This document shows, piece by piece, positions 37,901 to 46,012 of a stretch of DNA of 64,000 bases. Positions within the stretch are counted from its first letter, which is position 1. Each line of letters begins with the position of its first letter. Source of the DNA: a virus; the IMG/VR virus record IMGVR_UViG_3300032278_000003, positions 2,968-66,967 of that record; one strand, written 5' to 3'. The notes under the pieces were generated by a model. The model was not told the DNA's origin, made no database searches, and saw only the letters and a list, made by a program, of their open reading frames with translations. The position numbers and the translations under genes are program-made.

Positions 37901-39756
37901 TAATTTGATAACTTAGTACCGCGACTGCTCGATCCCTGATGCGCATAGTGCGAAGCTAGTAACGCGCTGTTATAGATATACCGACCGACTCGTCGCTTCG
38001 TTATGTGGGAAACTATATTCCTGGGATCTAGCAAAACTAAAACTTCTTTTTCTCTAACTTCAGCATCAACTGAGTATTCTATTCCGGCCATTACGTTGCC
38101 GCCGATCACTGTTTCCCTGATCGGACACATTTTATCGATAAGCTTCTCGGAAAGGTTTACCAAACTTTCTGGCCCGTTCTCGAACGGAAAAGCTTTTAGT
38201 ATCTCGACTTTTTTGTTAAAATCTGAGTCACCAAGATTATTTTTGATGTTATCAATAAGCGCCAACAGCTGACTTTTCTTTAAAATCAAAACATCTCTTA
38301 TCGTCATAAAATGCATTATCAACGAACCAGATTTTTCTAAAGCATCATTAATCAAAAACGGAGCAAAAGTAACAGCTTGATTATTCCTTTTTATTGATTT
38401 AGTTCTAGCAAAAATTTTCTGGACATCATCTTCTATTACATCATCAACTTTACCGTTGGGTAAGATCCTGCCCTGCGATATAACGAATGTACCAGCTGTA
38501 TCTCGTGGTGATTTTATATCTAAGTTTGGGTTTTCATCCGCGGATGCGTACTTAAAATCTGATTTAGCTCTTAGTATTTTTCTTCTAATCTTTAAAGCTG
38601 AGCTATAGATATCATACTCGATAAAATCACTCACTACCGGCATTGTCGACGCACCGGAATAAACATTTTTTCCCGACCTAAACCTTGCTCCCGAAACATC
38701 ATTGTGGACAAATTTCATTTCTTCTATGTAGTGATTTATATTCCTGATAGATTCTGAAGCTGATTTAATGAAAAATTGCCAGTGATCCGATTTGTCAAAC
38801 TTAAAACTTAACTCTTGATCGTCAAACGTATTAAACCGAAAATTATGCTTCAAACTTTCGTAATTTGTTGGGGCGTGCGGGCCGAGGTCGTTGTAATTAG
38901 AACCCCAAACTATTCGATTAATAAAATCTATGTATTTATTAGCTTTTAAATTATCTTTCCAAGCTGTCCGGGCCATGAATCGAACTTTGCCGATATCGAT
39001 AGCCATTTCTTTGTTGAACTTCATTTGCCTGGGTTGCGCATTAACAGCTTGAATTACGTATTCGTCTATCTGATATAGCATTGCATAGACTTCTAAGATC
39101 TTTTGAAAACAAGCCGACATGCCCGTTCTTGATTCGGTCTGTTCTTCGTTGTAAGACCTGATTACGGGATGGCGTGCGTACAGCCCTATATTCATTCTAT
39201 CTAAATTTCCGGTAGAGTCAACCCTGTACGTCCGCGGATCTTTTGCGTTCTTAGGATTTTCCTCACCAACATAATTCTCGAACATGATACAGTTAGCAAC
39301 CCAGTCTCTCCAGACTCTAGCATCTGAATTCCTTCGCCACATCTTAGCAGAACCAGAGTCTTTTTGTGCCGCTAACCCAGCAGGTTCGTCAGCGCCGGTT
39401 TCTTCTAAGTCAAAATTTAACGGTACATAATTGAAGTCGGCCAGAATGTGAACCGGTTTGCGCTTTATCTCTCTCTGCAGAAAACGGTCGCCGTCGGGTT
39501 GCTTAAAAAAATCAACAAGCTGTTGATCAGTATAATTGATTTTTGTTGTAGTCTCTGCAACACCGGTATTATGAACAATGGCTGCCGGCGTGGGAAGCAA
39601 ACCCTGATTGCTTGTAGATACAACGATTGATTCTCTTATATTTTCATGTCGTTCTTCATTAGAAACAGCGATATTGTTGTTACTACTTTTGGGAGAAGTG
39701 TTGGATATCGTCGGATTGATTCCTTGAGCAGAATTTTTTCCGCTGTTATTTCCCAT
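31978..39756 (-). CDS. Very large (2592 aa) hypothetical protein, probably virion/baseplate-associated
   Basis: Uninterrupted ORF, translationally coupled within the structural block; no recognisable catalytic motif. Confidence 0.6.
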   Translation of the reverse strand: MGNNSGKNSAQGINPTISNTSPKSSNNNIAVSNEERHENIRESIVVSTSNQGLLPTPAAIVHNTGVAETTTKINYTDQQLVDFFKQPDGDRFLQREIKRKPVHILADFNYVPLNFDLEETGADEPAGLAAQKDSGSAKMWRRNSDARVWRDWVANCIMFENYVGEENPKNAKDPRTYRVDSTGNLDRMNIGLYARHPVIRSYNEEQTESRTGMSACFQKILEVYAMLYQIDEYVIQAVNAQPRQMKFNKEMAIDIGKVRFMARTAWKDNLKANKYIDFINRIVWGSNYNDLGPHAPTNYESLKHNFRFNTFDDQELSFKFDKSDHWQFFIKSASESIRNINHYIEEMKFVHNDVSGARFRSGKNVYSGASTMPVVSDFIEYDIYSSALKIRRKILRAKSDFKYASADENPNLDIKSPRDTAGTFVISQGRILPNGKVDDVIEDDVQKIFARTKSIKRNNQAVTFAPFLINDALEKSGSLIMHFMTIRDVLILKKSQLLALIDNIKNNLGDSDFNKKVEILKAFPFENGPESLVNLSEKLIDKMCPIRETVIGGNVMAGIEYSVDAEVREKEVLVLLDPRNIVSHITKRRVGRYIYNSALLASHYAHQGSSSRGTKLSNYSLGVFKSNAFNRASRILLGNSANSNSVSVFTQNLSTGQDIPAGTTAEGGTVGATVAAGGQLGDDINSLINGTVIGSMSIDSKRKYIFFAVLIQLSERYNDVGSPFFSHYYSDIAYSQAANALYSQYHEKIEDNNWIRDFNNPKSVFFEENKAFTRFTLNQKIGLMNQMNEDVVREGFDNSSLVSGLFSNVSNLADRVDELPRNRDRALAQYRRNIVRTVEAGTGMSPNSEGFVNAVSRFFGRADAQENYAGVVQDFLFTSEGGYSPGATEQEYEYQGRARRNSEGQPAEGRPQRTDATAAETNVRTIDNMVMGVRGIGAGGPKETAGFASLNLNDGVKQSAINKLRSQVLNLDRDDNFLIMLAEAICAQLFYGYPTQETIEDGQNLADIFEKIEGKSSFNDNPLGIFRGLGLVTNAENRQDEKIVNMSDEDLFDVVWEYVKIAEIFTKELPKVKLKFKQVQNSNRQEVVSSGYYDVRDAQSSYDRTSTYSDNIRRTLRTFTTEGGSQAQLAYQLNEYVARANDYFKIAEDQLSKEPVFRLAVEPINNSIDEWTAFAIHTRSGFLPHVSLNSPFQRQKIQLASEDDAPHGINRGGTTLEKTDFLYKTTALVNRRDYRDFLFSCVPKNIKFRDKLKTQLSVSDRALISYTHGEKTTFNFDVSDADTFFGYSSKPIFLEQGGWRNFEQNQSDFAALGEGTFTRVHAFFSSRVGLLPTKWYNELLEKMPIINDLVGSSQVFRGRMDNFTEDNSSDWVQIYPLSEPIVKIITRIKFDIKLKKRTYSFAHALRCRPTNDRNMLVDGIAKELPESVRVGPRFHHAQFYGNGRTYNRGFRDNYMYADWRLGDHHPSGGNAAHYNSFGGPVTVSDVEAVEDYRRGNQNARWVMANLFLALAYYDDLNGGLTDTGITMSNNVEGFRQQYEYARLFYNDLKDDPAVIGWGHQTWDWVRHAHNHPTYGFSKNPEKGGRQDAWWSRWVDGNNNQDGTPPPRPDNYFYYSRDGYNPPNPREPAEGAESGIGLIPDWILEYTGHAPTISAVPVDWMWAYEDRGPDNGLVRIDDGLKAISTVARQVFLGKAEGFHDEDIEHNKITAADVYYRKDIASEYYPYPDDLDDVRAGRFYPEFKYLNSGIPTEYIGSEGDANTVTTYLYFTGEGGSNWTHYSPDPVYKDGTGQMGTLNPSMGFGTAEADAEATYLPDYVKGFNISGTQPFYDRSLDWYKNNLHVALPLGTMALDYMVSEINEGLEFDEHGNYSGDGQNKEYTINEFVTGEGSATQYYNSYGEDAYQEWMEAPWSRAMYTRVERKIEAEKVKAKTFFTNMHAKICEIATGTSRFNQRKARATVAQLPYCFFWQEDHPYFEITAKREWVEDYTPPEIAVVPKWGNISRNVDAQSSGTWSNYTHQNSVNNVDSLERQYYQYLYAQKQYAELYREVFDLSMSTYEKIAKDLKNAQQGKTNQLAVEQISKIGFVNVTPEVLDNYNALRVRAMTHGHDGNDGSQESWYLPYGPGGRKKLSIVPGFKLTPFAPPNNHGAAANEVKSPHFGSKHNQLNSYKKAERWFHELGLIDSQNTRVCFVGIETGELTRILSAPDDLDNEDESTQGHFSLFGDGDFEIQLELFDYFRPWIVLKFDPKERSPETKVLNFSRGKIIKIATNWDSQENQHSRVEDILARFNEGISVSSLGSEVSNNRRGLADSLGYLRGGVSKVKKGYSDEVEILSVFLKIYANHVLGLNFFEYTIPYLNSHAPVGDYFPDRRGELPEERNYQEPMRESLAKIVATFKGASNVAENAQTGPQHLLKYFYDRTRIDEASTPFYSHFDEIGRQDLFKFDDLSNALFAKDAVDLESKIFYPFKFEQPITKRSLAAAEILTSVNEVFSNVEEVLEQFEHGFVFDHIVGLTYKLDDFVLQKNIRKELDGSLIDTPGEIELIDGQEIKDFSLIREGLPYLNSTDGRVKRNSMYPLTLRAKIKKAGSSN

Positions 39757-42489
39757 TTAAATCACCTTATTACCCTCTAGCCTCATGTCAGCGATATCAT
39801 ATATATCACTAGCAGCAGCTCCGCTGATATCAACTTTAAAATCATTATAAACTGGGTAAATCTTAAACCTTACGCGAGTGCACGCACCAAGCATAGAAAA
39901 AGTCCGCATTTTATAATTGGTAAAACCCAAAAACGGGTACGCTGAAATTGGAATTTCAATATCTTCTATTATAGCTGTAATAACAAAAAAGTCGATATGT
40001 ACCGGCTTGGTCCACTGAGTGCGCATTCCGGTGGCATTCCACTTTAATAAAAACTCTCCATCATCTGGAAAATAAACTGCGCTGAGTCGCATCACTTTGT
40101 GCCTCTTGCTGCCACCGCTGTTTAAAGCTTCGTAAATACCGCCAGAACAGACTAGCCTAGCAAGTTTGCTATCGGCAGAAAACCTAGATAAAGTTTGGTA
40201 CAAGATGTCACCCGTTTGTGGGTCTTTCGTTCTGGCGGGTATTACACCGGCAGCGCGACCGACAGTGCTAAAAAACTTGCTTGTATCTTTTAGAAAAGTC
40301 TTCATAGAATCAGCGCCTTCAAAATCTTCTTGTACTGTCACGAGGTCAATGGGATTCGTTATTATTAGGTTGTAGCTAATTACCAAATCTTCCATTAAGA
40401 TATCAGTCGGTATCAAGAAATATAAGTTATCATCACTACCACCGCTTTCTTCTGGGGGTCTTGGACTTAAGTACCTAGACTCTATCAATTCTCCAGTCTC
40501 TTTTGAGTAATAAGAAGCAAACAACTCGAAACTTTTACCGATGTTTTGTAAATTTTTGTTTAATTTTTCTTTGAACTGTTCTGTATAAAATTCTCTATCG
40601 CGTGATTTAAAAATTTGATCTAAATTTTTGGATATGTTAGTCGCGTAATTGTTCAAGAGTGATTTTGCTAAACCCACTCTTAAATACCTAGATTTATTGC
40701 TGCTTGTCCACTGTCCCAGGTTTTCAAGAACGATATTTCTCGGAGCGGCATTTAACGTCCTGATCTTTGTCTTTAAGAAATTATCATACTTTTTTCCGTG
40801 AGAATCGATAAAATCTATCTCGTATGAATACCTGACTCCGGGTAACGGATCACCGTGAATTATCTCGTTAGCGCCCCTTGTAAAAGGTAACTCAAAACCT
40901 GGGGTACCTATCTCTGGTTGGCAAAATACGCTAGATATCCTCACGCTACCTGGAATATTAGATATCTTGAGAACATTAACTGGAAAATTATTCTCTTTGT
41001 TAGAAATGCAAAAAGAAAACAATTTTATTGAGTTCATTCGTTCTTCTGATATAGGAAAATCAGGATAAGACTTATCATATTTTTCATTATTCAGTTTGAC
41101 TGTTGAGTTAACTGAGTATTCTCCTGAATTAATGTTGGTGATTACATCTCTGTTTAAATTTGCTTTACCCGATGAATCAAAAACGACGACAGTATCTGAT
41201 CTTAGAGATAAATCAACCTGTGAATATCCGGAATTTACTTCTTTGTCTTCTGATACTACCCTGTTACAGGAAAATAATTTCAGTGAGTTATCGTAAAGCT
41301 GATCCCTAGTGATGAAAACTTCTTTTTGTGAAGGGTTACCCCGGTGGGCAAACTGTGACGGAAAGCTTCCTAAATTTTCAAGCCGGGGAAGTTTTAAGTA
41401 TTTTTCGCTTTTCCTCCAAGGTTCATCACAATCTATAACTGCGAATACTTCATCTGTTTTTTTATTAGACTTAATAAGCTTAATTTTTAGCATTTTTGGA
41501 TCAATATTCTCGCTCCCCCTAAAAACGCACTCAACTTTCAGCTTCTTGAAATTAGATAAAACAACTACGCTAGAAACATCGCTGTGAACCCCGACGCTAG
41601 TGTTGTTTCTCAAGATCAAATTATGGCTTGATATCTTCGCAACACGCATAAAACTAGCTAACAGTTTTTTCTCAAAATCATCTAGCGGAGTTGCTTGAGT
41701 ATTTGAAAACGGAGCCTTTAATAAGTTAGCTTTCATAAAAATGCTTAACGGATCTCTTTTACGAAACACTGTCCTAAAACACTCTCTCTGAAAAGCATCA
41801 TACCCGTCAAGATCTGATTCGCCCAAATCCTGCTTTGATAGCTGGTTTATTTCTTTAAAATCTCGAGATAAAGGAATGGGTAATCTCATGATTGAATTTG
41901 AATCTTTTTTTGGAATTACTTTCTTAGAATCTTGAAAAGCACTAAAGCTGTAAACATACAGGTTGTTTTTAAAGATTTTAATTTCCGGAAATTTTTCAGT
42001 TAAAGTTTCAATCCTCCACTGTCCCTTATGACGGTTAAAACCATCTTGGATAAAAAACTTTAATAATTTCTCAAGGTTTCTTTTCTTTCTTTTTTCCGAA
42101 CCGCGCATCCAATCTCGATCTTGCGCGTATTTAATAAACCCACGGACGTAATCAACTAATTCTTGTTCCCTCGCTGAAAGCTTTTCCTCTATAGAAACTC
42201 TTTTTATAACGCGCTCAAACTGATCGGGACCAACATAACAGATTTCTAAAGTGTCAACACCGAAAATGGTAGTTAACACGTTATAATAAATCGTTAAGTC
42301 GTAAATCTTATCAGAAAACATGCCACCGTAACTTTCTGCAACTAATCGGACAAAATCATCTTTTAAAACGATCGGTTGAGATCCTAAAAATTCATTAATA
42401 ACCGGAACATTGGCTGGAAGCCGGGGTTTAATAGTAACTTTTGGGCGGCTAATCGGTATTACTTTTCTTTTCATGCTACTCATCACCAA
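39757..42489 (-). CDS. Large hypothetical structural protein (possible FN3/Ig-like domains)
   Basis: 910 aa; PGVRYSYEIDFIDSHG and FLLKW...IDFFVI FN3-like patterns; exact start uncertain (several Met). Confidence 0.55.
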   Translation of the reverse strand: MVMSSMKRKVIPISRPKVTIKPRLPANVPVINEFLGSQPIVLKDDFVRLVAESYGGMFSDKIYDLTIYYNVLTTIFGVDTLEICYVGPDQFERVIKRVSIEEKLSAREQELVDYVRGFIKYAQDRDWMRGSEKRKKRNLEKLLKFFIQDGFNRHKGQWRIETLTEKFPEIKIFKNNLYVYSFSAFQDSKKVIPKKDSNSIMRLPIPLSRDFKEINQLSKQDLGESDLDGYDAFQRECFRTVFRKRDPLSIFMKANLLKAPFSNTQATPLDDFEKKLLASFMRVAKISSHNLILRNNTSVGVHSDVSSVVVLSNFKKLKVECVFRGSENIDPKMLKIKLIKSNKKTDEVFAVIDCDEPWRKSEKYLKLPRLENLGSFPSQFAHRGNPSQKEVFITRDQLYDNSLKLFSCNRVVSEDKEVNSGYSQVDLSLRSDTVVVFDSSGKANLNRDVITNINSGEYSVNSTVKLNNEKYDKSYPDFPISEERMNSIKLFSFCISNKENNFPVNVLKISNIPGSVRISSVFCQPEIGTPGFELPFTRGANEIIHGDPLPGVRYSYEIDFIDSHGKKYDNFLKTKIRTLNAAPRNIVLENLGQWTSSNKSRYLRVGLAKSLLNNYATNISKNLDQIFKSRDREFYTEQFKEKLNKNLQNIGKSFELFASYYSKETGELIESRYLSPRPPEESGGSDDNLYFLIPTDILMEDLVISYNLIITNPIDLVTVQEDFEGADSMKTFLKDTSKFFSTVGRAAGVIPARTKDPQTGDILYQTLSRFSADSKLARLVCSGGIYEALNSGGSKRHKVMRLSAVYFPDDGEFLLKWNATGMRTQWTKPVHIDFFVITAIIEDIEIPISAYPFLGFTNYKMRTFSMLGACTRVRFKIYPVYNDFKVDISGAAASDIYDIADMRLEGNKVI

Positions 42490-45316
42490 TTATAAATTCA
42501 ATTGTAAAAATCGGGAAAAAATAAATGTCAGTACCCGGGACTTTCGGGTCAGTTTTATCGTGAAATATCTTTCCGAAAGCAAAAACGTGAGCTAATTCTG
42601 GATAATCGTCATCGTTATTCTCAATAGCGTCAAACGCAGCGGTTAAGTCACCAGCTACGTTGTTTTCTCTTGCACCCCTAAACTTCTTTTTGTACGATGC
42701 TTTTTCCCTTCTTATTACGCCCAAATCTCTGATAGCTAGTTTTTTAAAAGACGGTTTACCGTCATCTTCCGAAGCTTCAAACATTTGAATAAACGAATTG
42801 TTTAACTCGCTGGTTTTTGTGAAAGTGATCAATTCACTAAATTTTTCTAAATTGGGAAAATCAAGCACATTTTGCGGGCCTTTATTCATATCTCGAGTCA
42901 AATAATAGATAACTTGCTCATTAGAATCATTCTCGCTCGGTCGAAACACGTCTAATAAATTAGATATTGTCTCTTTTGGGATCAGGGTTTGAAACCATTT
43001 TTGCAACTGTTTTTCATAAACACGCCGAGTGCTAGTCTCTGAAACACTTAATTCGCCCCATCTCTGACCGTACCAGGCAGTATCAGTCGCTCTTCTTCTT
43101 AAGAATTGAGTCCAAGACATTGCAGATCTTACAGTTACTGGGCTACTGTATTCACTAAAAACAAAATCGGGTTGAGCGATCGGTGGGAGAAAAAAGAAAT
43201 TAGGAAGGCGAGAGCTAGAAAATGTTAGATCATCATTGTCTAACTCATTATCCATGATCTCATTCAAGTGATAAACAGTTGCTTCCCTCTCAAAAAACCG
43301 ACCCCCCATGGGGCCTCGAGCTACTCTAGCGTGTGGAATAAAATCATCTCTTCTGTAATCGTTTTGCTGACCGTACACAGATTCTATAAAGGGAAAAGAT
43401 TCTAAACGCGTCTTGAAGATAGTCGGGTTATCTAAATCTAATTTTCGAAAAGTTGTGGGTTCTATCACGCTACCGTATTCACCTTTTTGAATTCTTACCA
43501 TTTCTTGCCTTGTTATCTCTAACCCTTGCTGGTCGCTCGAGACGTTCAAGTCTAAATGACCTAATAGTTTCAATTCTTGGTAAGCATGCAGTGTCCCAGA
43601 CATCACCATGGATACCTTATCTAACAACTCTGTCATCTCTACGCGTTTAGTTCCACGTTCCATCAGTTGTTCAGTGATATAAGTCTTTGAAGATTTAGCC
43701 CAGTAAAGAGCTGCTTCATCTGCTATCGGATAATAGTGAACCCACTTTCTTTGATTCACGTTAGATTCAACGTATTTTCCGTAGTATGTGTAAAGCCTGT
43801 TATTTTGACCAGCTTGATATGATAATAAGTGATTGTTTTCAACCGAAGCTACTAAAGAACCAATCGTGGCGATTAAGTTGTCATAAGAACTGAAATTGTC
43901 TTCTTTGGGGATTGCTGGTAAAGCGCTTCCAGATGGAACTAAAAAGTACTGACAATCTAAAATATAACCGTCTAAATAAGAATCAGCTGTTATGCTATGA
44001 GCTGCTGTGTTATCTAATACAGCGCTTGTTGCAAATTTATTTCCAAGGATTAAATCAGAAGATGATGTCAAAGAGTAAACATTAATACCTTCGCTGATCG
44101 GAACAGGTATCCTCAAAGATTTATCCATAGTCCCATCTACAACTAGAAAAATATAATTGTGATCAAATGCTAACGAAACCCTGTGCCACGTGTTCGCCGA
44201 AATAACATTACTGATAGTGTAAACTTTCGACTGAGAATATCCTTCGGCAGTTACGGGGGCGACGCCGTCGTGATAGTTAAACAATTTTAAATTTAAGTGA
44301 TTCGAAATAGTAAATACTTCAGCGACTGGTACTTTGATTTTTGTATCGTTAGCTTTAACGTAAGTGTCAAAAAGCTGCATTATCGTATTATTTAAACCAC
44401 CATCGATACCACGTTTTGGATCAGTAGAACCTTGACTAATATAAACCCATGTTGATATCTGGCTAGAGTAACGATCTTTATGATAACCAGCACCCCTGAT
44501 CAACCCTTCTGTGTTGTACAGGCTGGCTGTTAGGTTTAACCTAATGAATTTGTTAAAAGACCCACCGACGTTCCACGATTTACCCTCATTAGAGAATGCC
44601 CTTATGCTGGGGTTTGCTATCCCGCTTGAATCGAATGTCGGACTAGCATCAGCTGTGTTTGCCGGAGATCCATTGACTAAGTAAGCAGCGTTCGTGCTTA
44701 AATCGCTGCTAGCTGAAAGGTTCTGGCTTATCTTATTATTCTCAACCAAAAAAACGTAATCAGGATCCAGCAGATCGGTCCTTGTTCCCAGCTGAGATTG
44801 CCACTCATCGAAGAGCCACCAGCCCGTTAACCGACCACCCATATTATCATACATAACTTCTTGTGTGGCTGAACCACTGATAAAGAAACTGGCTAGCGGG
44901 TTATATTTCACTCCCGCGCGGTCAATACCAGCTGTTGAAAGCTTGATAACTGTTTTGCCATCGGGTGGTTCCATGATGGAAGTACCAAACATCGATGCCT
45001 TGACCGGACGCATGTTACCATCTGAACCAGAAGTAAACAGGAATGCTGGTCTCTCTCCCTGTTCCCTAACTTCCATCATATTGACGATGCTTTCGTTCTC
45101 AGTTATGATCGAATCTTGGGGACGCGACATAGCTTCAAAAAACGGAACTCCGTCTTTCGGATCAACAACTTTAAATTCTGATTGCTCATACATTGTCAAG
45201 CCGTCTGAGAACGAGACAAACCGCATCCTTAACTCACCGGATGACAGTTGTTTCCTGCCCTCGTGAGTTAGATACGTATCAAAAAAACGCGATTTAGGGT
45301 CTAATATTCCAGCCAT
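42476..45316 (-). CDS. Baseplate-associated protein with LamG-like domain
   Basis: N-terminus MAGILD...DTYLTHEGRKQL is paralogous to the 247-aa protein; ISTWVYI...NTWHRVSLAFD...LVVDG...LILG is a LamG pattern. Confidence 0.6.
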   Translation of the reverse strand: MAGILDPKSRFFDTYLTHEGRKQLSSGELRMRFVSFSDGLTMYEQSEFKVVDPKDGVPFFEAMSRPQDSIITENESIVNMMEVREQGERPAFLFTSGSDGNMRPVKASMFGTSIMEPPDGKTVIKLSTAGIDRAGVKYNPLASFFISGSATQEVMYDNMGGRLTGWWLFDEWQSQLGTRTDLLDPDYVFLVENNKISQNLSASSDLSTNAAYLVNGSPANTADASPTFDSSGIANPSIRAFSNEGKSWNVGGSFNKFIRLNLTASLYNTEGLIRGAGYHKDRYSSQISTWVYISQGSTDPKRGIDGGLNNTIMQLFDTYVKANDTKIKVPVAEVFTISNHLNLKLFNYHDGVAPVTAEGYSQSKVYTISNVISANTWHRVSLAFDHNYIFLVVDGTMDKSLRIPVPISEGINVYSLTSSSDLILGNKFATSAVLDNTAAHSITADSYLDGYILDCQYFLVPSGSALPAIPKEDNFSSYDNLIATIGSLVASVENNHLLSYQAGQNNRLYTYYGKYVESNVNQRKWVHYYPIADEAALYWAKSSKTYITEQLMERGTKRVEMTELLDKVSMVMSGTLHAYQELKLLGHLDLNVSSDQQGLEITRQEMVRIQKGEYGSVIEPTTFRKLDLDNPTIFKTRLESFPFIESVYGQQNDYRRDDFIPHARVARGPMGGRFFEREATVYHLNEIMDNELDNDDLTFSSSRLPNFFFLPPIAQPDFVFSEYSSPVTVRSAMSWTQFLRRRATDTAWYGQRWGELSVSETSTRRVYEKQLQKWFQTLIPKETISNLLDVFRPSENDSNEQVIYYLTRDMNKGPQNVLDFPNLEKFSELITFTKTSELNNSFIQMFEASEDDGKPSFKKLAIRDLGVIRREKASYKKKFRGARENNVAGDLTAAFDAIENNDDDYPELAHVFAFGKIFHDKTDPKVPGTDIYFFPIFTIEFIIGDE

Positions 45317-45373
45317 AAAACTAAATATACCTCTTGAGAATTCTCTGATTGATAATAGGCTTAGGACTATTTA

Positions 45374-45883
45374 TTACTGAGAGCTATTATCATCCTCTGA
45401 ATCATCACTAGATTCATCACTCTCGTCAGAATCTTCTGACAGCGACTCTTCAGCTTTTCTCAATACTTTTAGCTTTTCTGGTCTATCACCGATCTTTCTG
45501 GGTTTTATGCCACCATCTTCTTTTATTTTTTCAGCAGCTTCTTCAACTCTTTCTGCTTCAATTTCAGCATGTTTGGCCGCTTTTTCTGCTTCGGTAGTGG
45601 CGTAGAACTCTTCTAATGCACGGCAACGAGCTGTCTGTTCTCTTCGAAGAGTGTTTATTTCAAAAGCTATTTCTTCTAAAACTTTCGGTAAACCTCGTAG
45701 CAAAGATACTGTTTTTGTCAGCAAATCTTGCGCATCTTCGATTTTGGCTAAGGCTTCCAAATTTTGATTGATATAGGTAGCAAAATTGCTCACTAACCTT
45801 CGACCGTTTAGATCAGCAATTTGTTGGTTTCTTAAATTTTCTGTTTCAGATTGTAACATTTCTTTTAGGGTTTCTTCAAACAC
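45374..45883 (-). CDS. Hypothetical coiled-coil protein with acidic tail
   Basis: Likely GTG start at 45883 behind GGAGG; helical, with an E/D/S-rich C-terminus. Confidence 0.65.
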   Translation of the reverse strand: MFEETLKEMLQSETENLRNQQIADLNGRRLVSNFATYINQNLEALAKIEDAQDLLTKTVSLLRGLPKVLEEIAFEINTLRREQTARCRALEEFYATTEAEKAAKHAEIEAERVEEAAEKIKEDGGIKPRKIGDRPEKLKVLRKAEESLSEDSDESDESSDDSEDDNSSQ

Positions 45884-45943
45884 AGTTATCCTCCAGCTAA
45901 ACAAAAATAACTATCGAATTCTAAGCAAAAATCTTGTAGAGTT

Positions 45944-45975
45944 AAAAAAAAAAGAGGGGGGCGAATGCCCCCCTC
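45944..45975 (-). terminator. Rho-independent terminator after the 2001-aa fibre gene
   Basis: Coding strand GAGGGGGGC-ATTC-GCCCCCCTC followed by T10. Confidence 0.93.
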
Positions 45976-46012
45976 GGAAAGGTTAACAGTTAAAGCTTAA
46001 GATTAATTTGTA

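Noticed and set aside
31978-39756. Tape measure protein or virion RNA polymerase call for the 2592-aa ORF
   Set aside because: No Ala/Gly-rich periodic helical repeats or transmembrane stretch, and no convincing DFDGD/DxDGD polymerase motif was seen.
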